Program-made: the position numbers and the translations under genes
The notes under the pieces: model-generated
What the model saw: only the letters and a program-made list of their open reading frames with translations
Told to the model about the DNA's origin: nothing
Databases searched by the model: none
Part shown: positions 28,092 to 37,874 of the stretch, piece by piece
How positions within the stretch are numbered: position 1 is the first letter of the stretch
Layout: each line of letters begins with the position of its first letter
Assembly: GCA_963703225.1 (NCBI GenBank)
Contig: OY969801.1
Span: 416,001 to 480,000, forward strand
DNA from: Candidatus Eiseniibacteriota bacterium
GTDB taxonomy: Bacteria; Eisenbacteria; RBG-16-71-46; SZUA-252
Length of the DNA: 64,000 bases
Reading direction: 5' to 3'

Positions 28092-29001
28092 CGCGGTCGC
28101 CGCTTCCCGGCGGCCGACCCAGGGCATCCCAGATCAACGGCACGATATCGGTGAGGCGCGTCGGCTCCCAGCTCGGCGCCCAGCGCCCCCAGAGCGTGAA
28201 GAGGGCCGGGTTTCGCGTGTGGGTCTTCACGTGCGCGTCTTCCAGGTTGCCGTGGTCGCTCGCGACGATGAGGGTCGTGGACTCAGGCGTGAGGCGGCCC
28301 AGCACCACCTGAAGCGTCCGGTCGAGATCGGAGAGGCAGCGCATGGCGCGGTCCCGGTCCTGGTCGTGCCCGGCCCGGTCCGTCTCGAAGTACTCGAAGA
28401 GAGAGAAATCCTGCTTCATCACCTCTTGGGCGATGATCACGCCCGCCTCCTCGGCCGTTCGCATCGGCACGTCGTATCCCCACTCCCGCACGCGCCAGTG
28501 GGTGAGGTCGTGAACCACGGCCCGCCCCTCCAAGAGATCGGCCCAAGTCCGGAAGGGAGCGCCCGAGGCCATCGTGGCCAGCGAGGTCGCCGACAGGCGC
28601 CGCTTGGTCTCGGCCATCTCGAAGAAACGGGGGCCGAAGGCGTTGAGGAAGGACGCCGTGAGCCCCGACTCCCGCAGCCGTTTCAAGATGGAGTGCTCTT
28701 CCAGGATCGCCCGAAGACTGGGGCCCGGAAATCCCGAGATGTGTTTCCCCATGGCGGCCGGGGCGTTCACGCCGGTGAGGATGGTGGTCTGCCCGGTGGC
28801 GCTCTGGGGGAGCCCCGGAACGCCGAGGGAAGCATCGAGGCCGCGGGCCATCGCGGGTGGGCCCGTCCGAGAAACCGGCGTTTGAGTCTGGGTCAGCCGG
28901 AGCGTGGTGAACTCACCGGCGGCCAGGGGATTTCGATCGGGATCGTCGTCGCCGACGCCCACGCCATCGATGAAGAAGAGCAGTACCCGTCTGGGAGGCA
29001 T
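28075..29001 (-). CDS. Alkaline-phosphatase-superfamily metalloenzyme (iPGM/phosphopentomutase-like)
   Basis: FFIDGVG, GLPQSATGQT, TDRAGH, ASDHGN, HTRNP. Confidence 0.82.
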   Translation of the reverse strand: MPPRRVLLFFIDGVGVGDDDPDRNPLAAGEFTTLRLTQTQTPVSRTGPPAMARGLDASLGVPGLPQSATGQTTILTGVNAPAAMGKHISGFPGPSLRAILEEHSILKRLRESGLTASFLNAFGPRFFEMAETKRRLSATSLATMASGAPFRTWADLLEGRAVVHDLTHWRVREWGYDVPMRTAEEAGVIIAQEVMKQDFSLFEYFETDRAGHDQDRDRAMRCLSDLDRTLQVVLGRLTPESTTLIVASDHGNLEDAHVKTHTRNPALFTLWGRWAPSWEPTRLTDIVPLIWDALGRPPGSGDRATAVA

Positions 29002-29007
29002 CCCACC

Positions 29008-29110
29008 GCCAAACGAAACGGGAGCCTCAGCACTAGCGCGCGGTCGGTGCAGGGCCGGCGACGCGGGGTCAGGGACCGACGCTAGGGGGCTCCCGAGTTC
29101 GTTCTCTGGC
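29008..29110 (-). ncRNA. Candidate sigma54-dependent small RNA or structured 5' leader (long rod hairpin)
   Basis: Nested stems GCCA/UGGC, AACGAA/UUCGUU, CGGGAGCC/GGCUCCCG, CUAGCG/CGCUAG, CGGUC/GACCG; 5' end coincides with predicted sigma54 +1. Confidence 0.6.
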
Positions 29111-29120
29111 TCTACGGAAG

Positions 29121-29135
29121 GCAATGCCCGTGCCA
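29121..29135 (-). promoter_or_regulatory. sigma54 (-24/-12) promoter
   Basis: Minus strand TGGCACG-GGCA-TTGC fits TGGCACG-N4-TTGC; AT-rich tract upstream at about 29155-29210. Confidence 0.8.
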
Positions 29136-29313
29136 CGCTGGTCTCCATCGCCGAATCAATGCGCGCCTATAAAGTCGTTATTTGACATATGCTTACCATG
29201 CACTAAATTCGACTCACGTTCGCATTCTGCGAATTCACCCTGGGTGCGAGCGACCTGCAGGACATGCCGTTGCAGAGCAGGGCAAAGGCTGGAACCCACA
29301 GCAGGAAAAAGCC

Positions 29314-29341
29314 TTGACAGCTTCCGCACGCGGTCTATAGT
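29314..29341 (+). promoter_or_regulatory. sigma70-type promoter for the HU/IHF gene
   Basis: TTGACA-N16-TATAGT. Confidence 0.7.
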
Positions 29342-29484
29342 CCCGAGTCGCGCGCCGTTGAGTACTTATGTTCAATTACAGCGCAAGCTTATAGCTCTCT
29401 GCGGCGCGAACGCGACGCTTGTCGCCGGGGACTAAGCCCCGAGAGACGGAAGCGTTCGCGGCGGGAGCACGCCAGGAGGGGCAG

Positions 29485-29763
29485 ATGACCAAAGCAGATA
29501 TCGTGGATGAAATTGCCGAGCGCACCGGCTTGACTAAGAAGGACGTCGCCGACACCGTAGACCAGTTTCTGGATGCGGTATCCCGCGCGCTCGCCACGGG
29601 CAAGCACATCGAAATCAGGGGCTTCGGAACATTCAAGGTGAAGGACCGCAAGTCGCGCCTCGCGCGAAACCCCCGCACGGGCGAATCGGTGCCGGTGCCG
29701 CCCCGACGGGTGCCGGTCTTCAAGGTATCCAAGGAGTTAAAGGACATCGTCGCCCAGATCTAG
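29485..29763 (+). CDS. HU/IHF-family nucleoid-associated protein
   Basis: AGGAGG SD; MTKADIV, IEIRGFGTF, ARNPRTGE, VPVFKVSKEL. Confidence 0.96.
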   Translation: MTKADIVDEIAERTGLTKKDVADTVDQFLDAVSRALATGKHIEIRGFGTFKVKDRKSRLARNPRTGESVPVPPRRVPVFKVSKELKDIVAQI

Positions 29764-29834
29764 TCGCAGCGCGGCCGCGGAACCCTCCACGCGGCCCAGA
29801 TCGGAATTGGCTCGACGACCGCGCGGCAGTGAAA

Positions 29835-29862
29835 ATGGGACGTCCCACCGGGGAGGTCCCAT
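29835..29862. terminator. Hairpin terminator between convergent HU/IHF and peptidase genes
   Basis: atgggacgtccc-accg-gggaggtcccat with gaaa before and cttttc shortly after. Confidence 0.65.
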
Positions 29863-29894
29863 CGTGCTTTTCAGGTCCCCAACGCTCGGGCGGG

Positions 29895-30600
29895 TTAGTT
29901 CCGCCGATCCCTCAGGATGAGGAGTCGAACGAGCTGGAACATCGCGGCCGCGGCCGCCGCGACGTACGTCAGAGCCGCGGCATCGAGCACCTTCTTGGCG
30001 CCCGCCTGCTCGTCAGGAGCGACCAGCCCCAGGCGGTTCAACTGCACGAGCGCCCTGCGGCTTGCGTCGAATTCCACGGGGAGCGTGACCAGCTGGAACA
30101 GGACCCCAAAGGAGAAGAGCACGATCCCGACGTCGATCAAGCTGAACCCGGCCACCCTCACCCCAGGCACGAAGAAGAGGCCGATCAACAAGATGGGCCA
30201 AGCCAGCATCGTCCCGATGTTCGCGAGCGGGAAGATCGCCGTGCGAAACTGGAGCGGGGCGTAGCCCTGCGCGTGCTGTATCGCGTGGCCCACCTCGTGC
30301 GCCGCGACGCTGATCGCCGAGACCGATGGCTCGGAGTAGTTGTGGGGCGAGAGGCAGACTTGCTTGTGGATCGGATCGTAGTGGTCGGACAGAAGTCCCT
30401 GCCCCTGCACGATCTCTACGTCCGCGATCCCATTCTGGCGCAGGATCGTCTCGGCGATCTCCCGACCGCTGCGGCGGCTCGCCGGCGAGAACCTTGCTGA
30501 ATTTGGCGTACGTCGACTGCACCTTGCTTTGGGCGTAGAACGCTAGAATCATCGCCGGGATCAGAAGAAGCATCGTCGGATCCCAGAACGGCATGAACAT
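29895..30600 (-). CDS. YugP-family membrane zinc metallopeptidase, one indel near 30480
   Basis: AAGGAGG SD; AQSKVQSTY, LSDHYDP, VAAHEVGHAIQ, TLPVEFDASRRA, AAALTYVA. Confidence 0.92.
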
Positions 30601-30740
30601 GTATCGTTCCTCCTTGGGGCGTATCGTTTTGGGGCAGCCCCCTCCTCCCCTATACTGCTTCGCTCGGGGAAAGTTTCGAGAGCCGCCTTTCATTCAGACT
30701 ACCACCGGCAGTCCGGCGATTCAAACTACCGGGAGACGCC

Positions 30741-31802
30741 CTGGCCACGAATACCGTCGATCTTCGCAGCGACACCGTCACTCGACCCACGCCAGAGATG
30801 CGCCGCGTGATGGCCGACGCGGAGGTCGGGGACGACGTGTTCCACGACGACCCGACCGTCCTGCGGCTGGAGGAGGAAACCGCCGCCGCGCTCGGCAAGG
30901 AGGCTTCTCTCTTCGTCCCGAGCGGGTGCATGGGGAACGAAATTGCGGTCGCGATCCAGACCCGAACGGGTGACGCGCTCCTCATGCACCGCCACAGCCA
31001 CATGGCCATGACCGAGGCCGCCGCGATCACCCAACTCTTGGGCCGCACCTTTCATCTCATGGAAGGAGATCGGGGCCGGCTGCGTCCCGAAGATGTGGGC
31101 GCCGCGCTTTCGAACGGCGGATCTCGACGGGATGGCATCGCTCTCGTGGAGGTCGAAAACACGCAGAATTGGGGAAACGGCGCGATCTATCCGCTCCCGC
31201 GCTTGGAGGCGGTTGCGGCCGCCGCGCGCGCGCGGCGGCTTCCGGTCCACCTCGACGGCGCGCGCCTCTGGAACGCGAGCGCCGAGACCGGAATCTCGCC
31301 GGCGACCTACGCGGCGGCCGCCGACACGGTCATGGTCTGCTTCTCGAAGGGGTTGGGCGCCCCGATCGGCTCCGCGATCGCGGGGACCCGGGCGGCCATT
31401 CAGGAAGCCCACGCGGCGCGAAAAATGTTTGGCGGCGCGATGCGCCAGGTGGGGATCGTGGCGGCCGGCGCAATGTACGCGCTTCGGCATCACCGCGATC
31501 GCTTGGTGGAGGATCATCGGCGAGCCCGGCGCCTTGCCCAGGCGATCGCCGAGATTCCGGGGCTCAAGCTCGACCCCACGGAGATCGAGACGAACATCGT
31601 GATTGCCGAGATCGAAGAGCCCCACGATCGGATCGCCGCCTTCGTGGCGGCGGTCTCGGCCGAGGGGGTGCTTGTGACGGCGTTCGGAGGCCCGGGGCGA
31701 TTTCGGGCCGTGACGCACCTCGACATCGACGACGCGGGGATCGACCGGTCGATCGCGGCGATCCGGAAGGCCGCGGCGGCCGTGCTCGGGGCGAATCGGT
31801 GA
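30741..31802 (+). CDS. ltaE: Low-specificity L-threonine aldolase; probable CTG start
   Basis: VDLRSDTVTRPT lies upstream of the first ATG; GDDVFHDDPTV, HLDGARLWNA, CFSKGLGAP, GGAMRQ. Confidence 0.92.
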   Translation: MATNTVDLRSDTVTRPTPEMRRVMADAEVGDDVFHDDPTVLRLEEETAAALGKEASLFVPSGCMGNEIAVAIQTRTGDALLMHRHSHMAMTEAAAITQLLGRTFHLMEGDRGRLRPEDVGAALSNGGSRRDGIALVEVENTQNWGNGAIYPLPRLEAVAAAARARRLPVHLDGARLWNASAETGISPATYAAAADTVMVCFSKGLGAPIGSAIAGTRAAIQEAHAARKMFGGAMRQVGIVAAGAMYALRHHRDRLVEDHRRARRLAQAIAEIPGLKLDPTEIETNIVIAEIEEPHDRIAAFVAAVSAEGVLVTAFGGPGRFRAVTHLDIDDAGIDRSIAAIRKAAAAVLGANR

Positions 31803-32581
31803 GCGAGGAGCCGGTCGCGGGGACGCTCTACCTGGTGGGAACCCCAATCGGGAACCTGGAGGACCTCTCGCCTCGGGCGAGGAAGATCCTCGGCAGCGTC
31901 GACCTGATCGCGGCCGAAGACACGCGGCACACGCGCCGACTGCTGGAGCGGTTCGAGCTTCATCGTCCGCTGGTCTCCTACCACGATCACAACAAGGAGG
32001 GACGGACCCCCGAGGTGATCTCGCGGCTCATGCAAGGCGCTTCGGTCGCGATCGTTTCCGACGCCGGATCGCCCGGAATCTCCGACCCCGCCTTCACGCT
32101 GGTCCGTGCCGCGGTTTTGGCCCACCTCCCCGTCGTGCCGATCCCGGGGCCATCGAGCGCCCTCTGCGCCCTGGAGGTCTCGGGACTCCCGACCGACCGA
32201 TTCGCGTTCGAGGGGTTCTTGCCCCGCCGCGGCGGCCGGCGGCGCGCGCGCATCCAGGAGTTGCGCGACGACCCCAGGACCCTCATCTTTTTCGAATCGC
32301 CGCACCGCTTGAAGGACGCGCTGGAGGATCTTCTCGAGATCCTCGGAGATCGGCCCGCGTCGATTTCACGGGAGCTGACCAAGAAGTTCGAGGAGACGCG
32401 CCGCGGCACGCTCCGGTCGCTTCGCGAGTGGCTCGAGGAGCATCCCCCGCGAGGGGAATTCGTGCTCGTGGTCGCGGCGACACCCCGCGCTGTCGCGGGA
32501 GCGAATGAAGGCGAGTCGGGCGAGGACGCGGAAGAGCCCGACCAGGACGACGTGGGCCGGGACGAGGAGGAGGACGAGTGA
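31799..32581 (+). CDS. rsmI: 16S rRNA (cytidine-2'-O)-methyltransferase
   Basis: [48 protein letters not shown] overlap. Confidence 0.95.
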   Translation: MSEEPVAGTLYLVGTPIGNLEDLSPRARKILGSVDLIAAEDTRHTRRLLERFELHRPLVSYHDHNKEGRTPEVISRLMQGASVAIVSDAGSPGISDPAFTLVRAAVLAHLPVVPIPGPSSALCALEVSGLPTDRFAFEGFLPRRGGRRRARIQELRDDPRTLIFFESPHRLKDALEDLLEILGDRPASISRELTKKFEETRRGTLRSLREWLEEHPPRGEFVLVVAATPRAVAGANEGESGEDAEEPDQDDVGRDEEEDE

Positions 32582-33231
32582 GCGCGAGTTGGAAGGAGCG
32601 GGGACGGTCGCTATTTCTCCCGCTGGCGCGCTGGCTGGCCAAGCGGGGCGTCAAGCCCGATCACCTGACGTACGTCGGGCTCGGGCTGTCGCTTCTCGCG
32701 GCGACGCTCCTGGGGCGCGGCGACTTCCTGGGCGCGGCCTTCCTGATCGCGTTCTCGGGCCTCTGCGACATTCTGGACGGGGACGTCGCGCGAGAGATCG
32801 GAAGCGTCAGCCCCTTCGGGGCGTTCCTCGACTCGACGCTGGATCGGATCGGCGAAGGGGCCCTCTACGCGGGCGTGGCGAACTACTACTACACGCGCGC
32901 GCAGGGGGCGGCGCTCTGGCTCAAGGACGAGTTCCGGGCGCAGGCGACCTGGGGCGACCCGGACGGGCACACGATGGCCGTCCTGGCCCTCGCCACGCTC
33001 ATTCTCTCCTTCCTCGTCTCCTACACCCGCGCCCGCGCGGAAGGGCTGGGAATGGAATGCAAGGTGGGGATCATGGAGCGCCCCGAGCGCATGCTAACTC
33101 TCGGCGTGGGAGCGCTTTTGGGACCCCGTTTCCTCCCCGGCATCCTCGGGATCCTTTTCCTATTTACCCTCGTCACGGTGCTCCAACGCGTGTATCATGT
33201 CCATCGCTTGACTCACTCGAAGTCTGCGTAG
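32578..33231 (+). CDS. CDP-alcohol phosphatidyltransferase, likely phosphatidylinositol(-phosphate) synthase
   Basis: DILDGDVAR...[10 protein letters not shown] motif, [20 protein letters not shown]; adjacent to ino1. Confidence 0.88.
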   Translation: MSASWKERGRSLFLPLARWLAKRGVKPDHLTYVGLGLSLLAATLLGRGDFLGAAFLIAFSGLCDILDGDVAREIGSVSPFGAFLDSTLDRIGEGALYAGVANYYYTRAQGAALWLKDEFRAQATWGDPDGHTMAVLALATLILSFLVSYTRARAEGLGMECKVGIMERPERMLTLGVGALLGPRFLPGILGILFLFTLVTVLQRVYHVHRLTHSKSA

Positions 33232-33314
33232 TGCCCGGGTGGACCGGACCGAGTCCGGCGTCCCGCCCATCGCATCCCGCCAGAGCCATTCCGCGAACGG
33301 AGGTACGAGTTCAG

Positions 33315-34478
33315 ATGGGCAAGATTCGCGTCGGCATCATCGGGGTCGGCAACTGCGCCTCCTCGCTCGTGCAGGGAGTGCACTACTACCGAAACGCGAA
33401 GGAGAACGACTTCGTGCCGGGGTTGATGCACGTGAACCTCGGCGGCTATCACGTCCGCGATATCGAGTTCAGCGCGGCGATCGACATCGACAAGAACAAG
33501 GTCGGTCGCGATCTGGGGGAAGCGATCTACACTTGGCCCAACAATACGTACAAGTTCTGCGACGTCCCGCGGCAGGGGGTCCCGGTGGCCCGCGGCATGA
33601 CGCATGACGGGCTGGGCCAGTATCTCTCCAAGATCATCCACAAGGCGCCCGGCTCCACCGCCGACATCGTGCGGCTTCTGCGCGACACCAAGACCGACGT
33701 CGTCATCAACTACTTGCCGGTGGGCAGCGAAGAGGCCACCAAGTGGTACGTCGAGCAAATACTGGAAGCCGGCTGCGCGTTCGTGAACGCGATTCCGGTC
33801 TTCATCGCTCGCGAGAAGTACTGGCAGCGCCGGTTCGAACAGAAGAAGCTTCCGGTGATCGGGGACGACATCAAGTCGCAGGTGGGCGCGACCATCGTGC
33901 ATCGGGTCATGACCCGCCTCTTCCGGGAACGCGGCGTTCGGCTGGAGCGGACAAGCCAGCTCAACGTCGGCGGGAATACCGACTTCCTCAACATGCTCGA
34001 GCGGTCGCGGCTGGAATCGAAGAAGATCTCCAAGACCAACGCGGTCACTTCGATGCTCGACTACGACATCGGCGAGAAGAACGTGCACATCGGTCCCAGC
34101 GACTACGTCGAGTGGCTCGACGACCGCAAGTGGGCGTACATCCGGATGGAAGGCCGCACGTTTGGCGACGTGCCGCTGAACGTGGAAATGAAGCTGGAGG
34201 TTTGGGATTCGCCCAATTCGGCCGGCGTGATCATCGACGCCGTCCGCTGCGCCAAGCTGGCGCTTGATAACGGGCTCTCCGGCGCCATGATCGCTCCCTC
34301 GGCCTACTTCAAAAAGTCGCCGCCGATCCAGTACCCGGACGACGTGGCGCGCCAGATGGTCGAGGATTTCATCGCCAAGTACGGCTCGAAGGGGGCCCGC
34401 GCCACGAAGGCAGAGAAGCCCAAGCGGGTCGCGGCGCCCCGGAGCGGGCTGAAGCGGGCCGCCCGGCGCAGCGCCTGA
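33315..34478 (+). CDS. ino1: myo-inositol-1-phosphate synthase
   Basis: [58 protein letters not shown]. Confidence 0.96.
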   Translation: MGKIRVGIIGVGNCASSLVQGVHYYRNAKENDFVPGLMHVNLGGYHVRDIEFSAAIDIDKNKVGRDLGEAIYTWPNNTYKFCDVPRQGVPVARGMTHDGLGQYLSKIIHKAPGSTADIVRLLRDTKTDVVINYLPVGSEEATKWYVEQILEAGCAFVNAIPVFIAREKYWQRRFEQKKLPVIGDDIKSQVGATIVHRVMTRLFRERGVRLERTSQLNVGGNTDFLNMLERSRLESKKISKTNAVTSMLDYDIGEKNVHIGPSDYVEWLDDRKWAYIRMEGRTFGDVPLNVEMKLEVWDSPNSAGVIIDAVRCAKLALDNGLSGAMIAPSAYFKKSPPIQYPDDVARQMVEDFIAKYGSKGARATKAEKPKRVAAPRSGLKRAARRSA

Positions 34479-35155
34479 CCCACGGCAAGGCTCGGCCCAG
34501 CAGGCGCGGCCTCCTCCTGACACTGGAGGGGATCGAGGGGTCGGGGAAGACGACCCAGGCCCAGCGGATCAAGGCCCTGCTCGATTCTCGGGGCATCCCG
34601 GCGCTTCTCACCCGCGAGCCCGGGGGCTCGCCCCTCGCGGAGAAGATTCGCGAGCTGGTGTTGGTTCCGGGGGCGGAGCCGCTCCACCCCCAGACCGAGC
34701 TGCTGCTCTTTCTGGCGGCCCGAGCCCAGCACGTTCGTCGGGTCATCGGCCCCGCCCTGGAGCGCGGCGACGTGGTGGTCTGCGACCGGTTCACGGACGC
34801 GACCCTCGCCTACCAGGGAGGCGGTCGCACGATGCCGGACGAGTTTCTCCGCTCGCTCAACGACTGGGCGACGGGAGCCATTTGCCCGTCAAGGACTTAT
34901 CTGCTAGACGTACCGGTCGAGGTCGGAATGTCCCGGGCGCGCGATCGGCGGGCGCGCACGGCGCCCGACCGGATTGAGGCCGAGGGGGAGGCGTTCTTCG
35001 AAGGGGTCCGAAATCGGTACCTCGAGCTGGCTCGGCGGGAGCCGGAACGAATTGTCGTGCTTCGGGGTACGGATCCAGAGGAAGATATCTCGCATCAAAT
35101 AGAGAAAGACTTGGATTTGCTGCTCAGCGGCCGGATTACTCCTACACCGAGGTGA
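34475..35155 (+). CDS. tmk: Thymidylate kinase; probable CTG start overlapping ino1 stop (CTGA)
   Basis: In-frame upstream of the ORF call: [14 protein letters not shown] and TREPGG; then [13 protein letters not shown]. Confidence 0.93.
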   Translation: MTHGKARPSRRGLLLTLEGIEGSGKTTQAQRIKALLDSRGIPALLTREPGGSPLAEKIRELVLVPGAEPLHPQTELLLFLAARAQHVRRVIGPALERGDVVVCDRFTDATLAYQGGGRTMPDEFLRSLNDWATGAICPSRTYLLDVPVEVGMSRARDRRARTAPDRIEAEGEAFFEGVRNRYLELARREPERIVVLRGTDPEEDISHQIEKDLDLLLSGRITPTPR

Positions 35156-35162
35156 ACCGCAC

Positions 35163-36800
35163 ATGAATCGAAGGCAGCTCTTCGCGGTCGTCGTACTCGT
35201 CGCGGCCCTGGTCGCCGGAACCTGGGCGGTCGGCAGGGTCCAGGAAACGACCGACAACACCTACGCGAACATCGAGCGGTTCATCCAGGTCCTGACCAAG
35301 GTCCGGGACCATTACGTCGAATCGGTCACCACCGACAAGCTGATGGACTCGGCGATCCGCGGCATGCTCCGCACCCTCGACCCCTACTCGCAGTACCTGG
35401 ACAAGGAAGAGGCGGAAAAGCTCGAGACCACCACCCACGGCTCCTTCGGCGGCATCGGGATCTCGATCGGGATCCGCGACGGCTGGGTGACGGTCATCTC
35501 GCCCATCGAGGGCACGCCGGCGTGGCGCGCCGGCATCCAGGGCGGCGACCGGATCATCAAGATCGACGGCGTCTCGAGCGAGGGGCTTTCGCTGGACGAC
35601 GCGATGAAGAAGATGCGCGGCGAGCGCGGGACCAAGGTCGAGCTCTCGATCTATCGCGAGGGCCGCGAACGCCCCATGGACTTCTCGATCACCCGCGACA
35701 TCATCCAGATCAAGAGCGTCCCCTACGCCGGGCTCCTCTCGAGCGGCGTGGGCTACGTTCGGCTCTCCAATTTCTCGGAGCGGAGCCGCGAGGAGATCGA
35801 CGCGGCCATCGCCAAGATCGAAAAGCAAAATCCGCGCGGGCTCATTCTGGACCTCCGCTACAACCCCGGCGGACTGCTGTCGCAGGCGGTCGAGGTGTCG
35901 GAGGAGTTCACCCCCCGCGGCAAGAAGATCGTTTATACGCGCGGACGCGACGCGTCTCAGAACAGGGATTTCTACTCCTCGTCCAGCAGCCCGCACACCT
36001 CCTATCCGCTGGTGGTGCTCGTGAATCAGTGGACGGCGAGCGCCTCGGAGATCGTCTCGGGCGCGGTGCAGGATCTGGATTTGGGCGTCGTGGTCGGGCG
36101 TACGACGTTCGGCAAGGGGCTCGTACAGACGGTGATTCCGCTGACGCGGAGCGTGAGCGGACCCAAGCTCAAGCTGACGACCGCCAAGTACTACACGCCG
36201 AGCGGCCGCTGCATCCAGAAGGAGGAACAGCTCAAGGACGGGGCCTTGGCCGAGGAGGACGACACCGACGGATCGAGCAGCTCTCTTCCCGACTCGCTCA
36301 AGGCCCACAAGCCGCCCCCCGAGTACCGGACCGAGATGGGCCGGGTGGTTTACGGAGGCGGCGGGATCATCCCCGACCTCGAGCTGGACGACGTTCGCTA
36401 TCCGCGCATCATCGAAGACCTGGAATCGAAGCAGCTCTTCTTCAAGTACGCGGTCAAGTACGCGGTCAAGCACAAGGACGCGCCCGCGAATTACGCGATC
36501 AGCTCGGGCATGAAGGACGAATTCGCGATGCTCCTAAAGACGGAGAAGTTCGAGTACAACGCCGATTCCCTGGCCGCCGCGCAGCATTGGGTGGAGACCG
36601 GGATGCGGCGCGAGCTGGCCCGCCGCTTCGTGGGCGATGAGGAGGCCTACCGCGTGGCGCTGGAGGACGACGAGCAGGTGCGTCAATCCGCGGCACTCTT
36701 CGACAAGGCCTCCACGCTGCCGAAGCTCCTCGCCCTGGCCACCGAGATGAACAAGGCGAAGGCCGTGGCCACCCAGGGCAAGGAAATCGACGTCCGGTAA
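35163..36800 (+). CDS. S41 carboxyl-terminal processing protease
   Basis: LDPYSQY, FGGIGI (PDZ), LDLRYNPGGLL, ASASEIVSGAVQD, TFGKGLVQ, YYTPSGRCIQ. Confidence 0.95.
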   Translation: MNRRQLFAVVVLVAALVAGTWAVGRVQETTDNTYANIERFIQVLTKVRDHYVESVTTDKLMDSAIRGMLRTLDPYSQYLDKEEAEKLETTTHGSFGGIGISIGIRDGWVTVISPIEGTPAWRAGIQGGDRIIKIDGVSSEGLSLDDAMKKMRGERGTKVELSIYREGRERPMDFSITRDIIQIKSVPYAGLLSSGVGYVRLSNFSERSREEIDAAIAKIEKQNPRGLILDLRYNPGGLLSQAVEVSEEFTPRGKKIVYTRGRDASQNRDFYSSSSSPHTSYPLVVLVNQWTASASEIVSGAVQDLDLGVVVGRTTFGKGLVQTVIPLTRSVSGPKLKLTTAKYYTPSGRCIQKEEQLKDGALAEEDDTDGSSSSLPDSLKAHKPPPEYRTEMGRVVYGGGGIIPDLELDDVRYPRIIEDLESKQLFFKYAVKYAVKHKDAPANYAISSGMKDEFAMLLKTEKFEYNADSLAAAQHWVETGMRRELARRFVGDEEAYRVALEDDEQVRQSAALFDKASTLPKLLALATEMNKAKAVATQGKEIDVR

Positions 36801-36803
36801 TTC

Positions 36804-37874
36804 ATGCAGGCCGGATCCGTCCGTCTCCCCGGCAGGGTGCTCCTTTCGCCGCTCTGCGGCGTGACCGATTCTCCCTTCCGGAGATTGGCTCGCCGGCATG
36901 GCGCGGCCATGGTCTTCTGCGAGATGACCTCCTCGGACGGGCTCGTCCGAAAGAATCCCAAGACATTCGAGCTGCTCGAGTACCGCGAAGAAGAGCGGCC
37001 CGTCGGCGCGCAGCTCTGCGGCGCCGATCCGGCCGTCATGGCCGACGCGGCCCGGATGGTCGCCGACCTCGGCTTCGACACGATCGATCTGAATTACGGC
37101 TGCCCGGTCCGCAAGGTGATCGCGCGGGAGGCGGGCGCGGCCATGCTCACCGACATGGATCGGCTGGAGCGGGTCACGGCCGCCGTGGTCAACGCGGTCT
37201 CCCTACCCGTCACGGCCAAGATCCGGATCGGCTGGGACCAGAACTCCACCAACGCCCCGGACGTGGCGCGGGTGCTCGAGCGGTCCGGCGTCCGATGGAT
37301 CACCGTGCACGCCCGTGCCCGCTCCGAAAAGTTTGCCGGCCAGGCGCACTGGGAGGTGATCGGCCAGGTCAAGGAAGCCGTGACGCTCCCCGTGATCGGA
37401 AATGGCGACGTCAAGGCGCCGGAGGACGCCGAGCGGATGATCCGCGAGACCGGCTGCGACGGCGTCATGGTGGGGCGTGGATCGTTCGGCAATCCTTGGC
37501 TCTTCGGCCGCGCCCAGCGGCTCCTGGACAGCGGCGATCCCGGGCCCGAGCCGACGCCGAGGGAGCGGATCGAGACCGCGGTTTCCCATCTCCACGATCT
37601 GGCGCAGAAGAAGGGGGAGTACGCGGCGACCCTGATGCGCAAGCACATCGCATGGTACGTGCGCGGCCTCTACGACAACTCGGCGCTCTGTCGGGAAGTG
37701 AACCACGCCAAGACCCCCGCGGAGACCGAGGCGCTCCTCTGGCGCTACCTCGAGAAGCTGGAACGCGCGCCGACTCCCTACGCGCCCATTCATGCGGAGC
37801 CCGGGGAGGAGGCGGAGGAGCGCGGCGCGGAGGCCGCCTCCGCCGAGATGAATGGATCCTGCTCGCCTCCGTAA
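36804..37874 (+). CDS. dusB: tRNA dihydrouridine synthase
   Basis: IDLNYGCP, VTAKIRIGWD, TVHAR, IGNGDV, MVGRGSFGNPW, RKHIAWY. Confidence 0.93.
   Translation: MQAGSVRLPGRVLLSPLCGVTDSPFRRLARRHGAAMVFCEMTSSDGLVRKNPKTFELLEYREEERPVGAQLCGADPAVMADAARMVADLGFDTIDLNYGCPVRKVIAREAGAAMLTDMDRLERVTAAVVNAVSLPVTAKIRIGWDQNSTNAPDVARVLERSGVRWITVHARARSEKFAGQAHWEVIGQVKEAVTLPVIGNGDVKAPEDAERMIRETGCDGVMVGRGSFGNPWLFGRAQRLLDSGDPGPEPTPRERIETAVSHLHDLAQKKGEYAATLMRKHIAWYVRGLYDNSALCREVNHAKTPAETEALLWRYLEKLERAPTPYAPIHAEPGEEAEERGAEAASAEMNGSCSPP

Noticed and set aside
29008..29110. SRP RNA, 6S RNA or tRNA identity for the long hairpin
   Set aside because: No GGAA-tetraloop SRP domain, too short and no central bubble for 6S, no cloverleaf or T-loop.
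36443..36470. 12-bp tandem repeat caagtacgcggt
   Set aside because: In-frame coding repeat (KYAVKYAVK) with only two copies.
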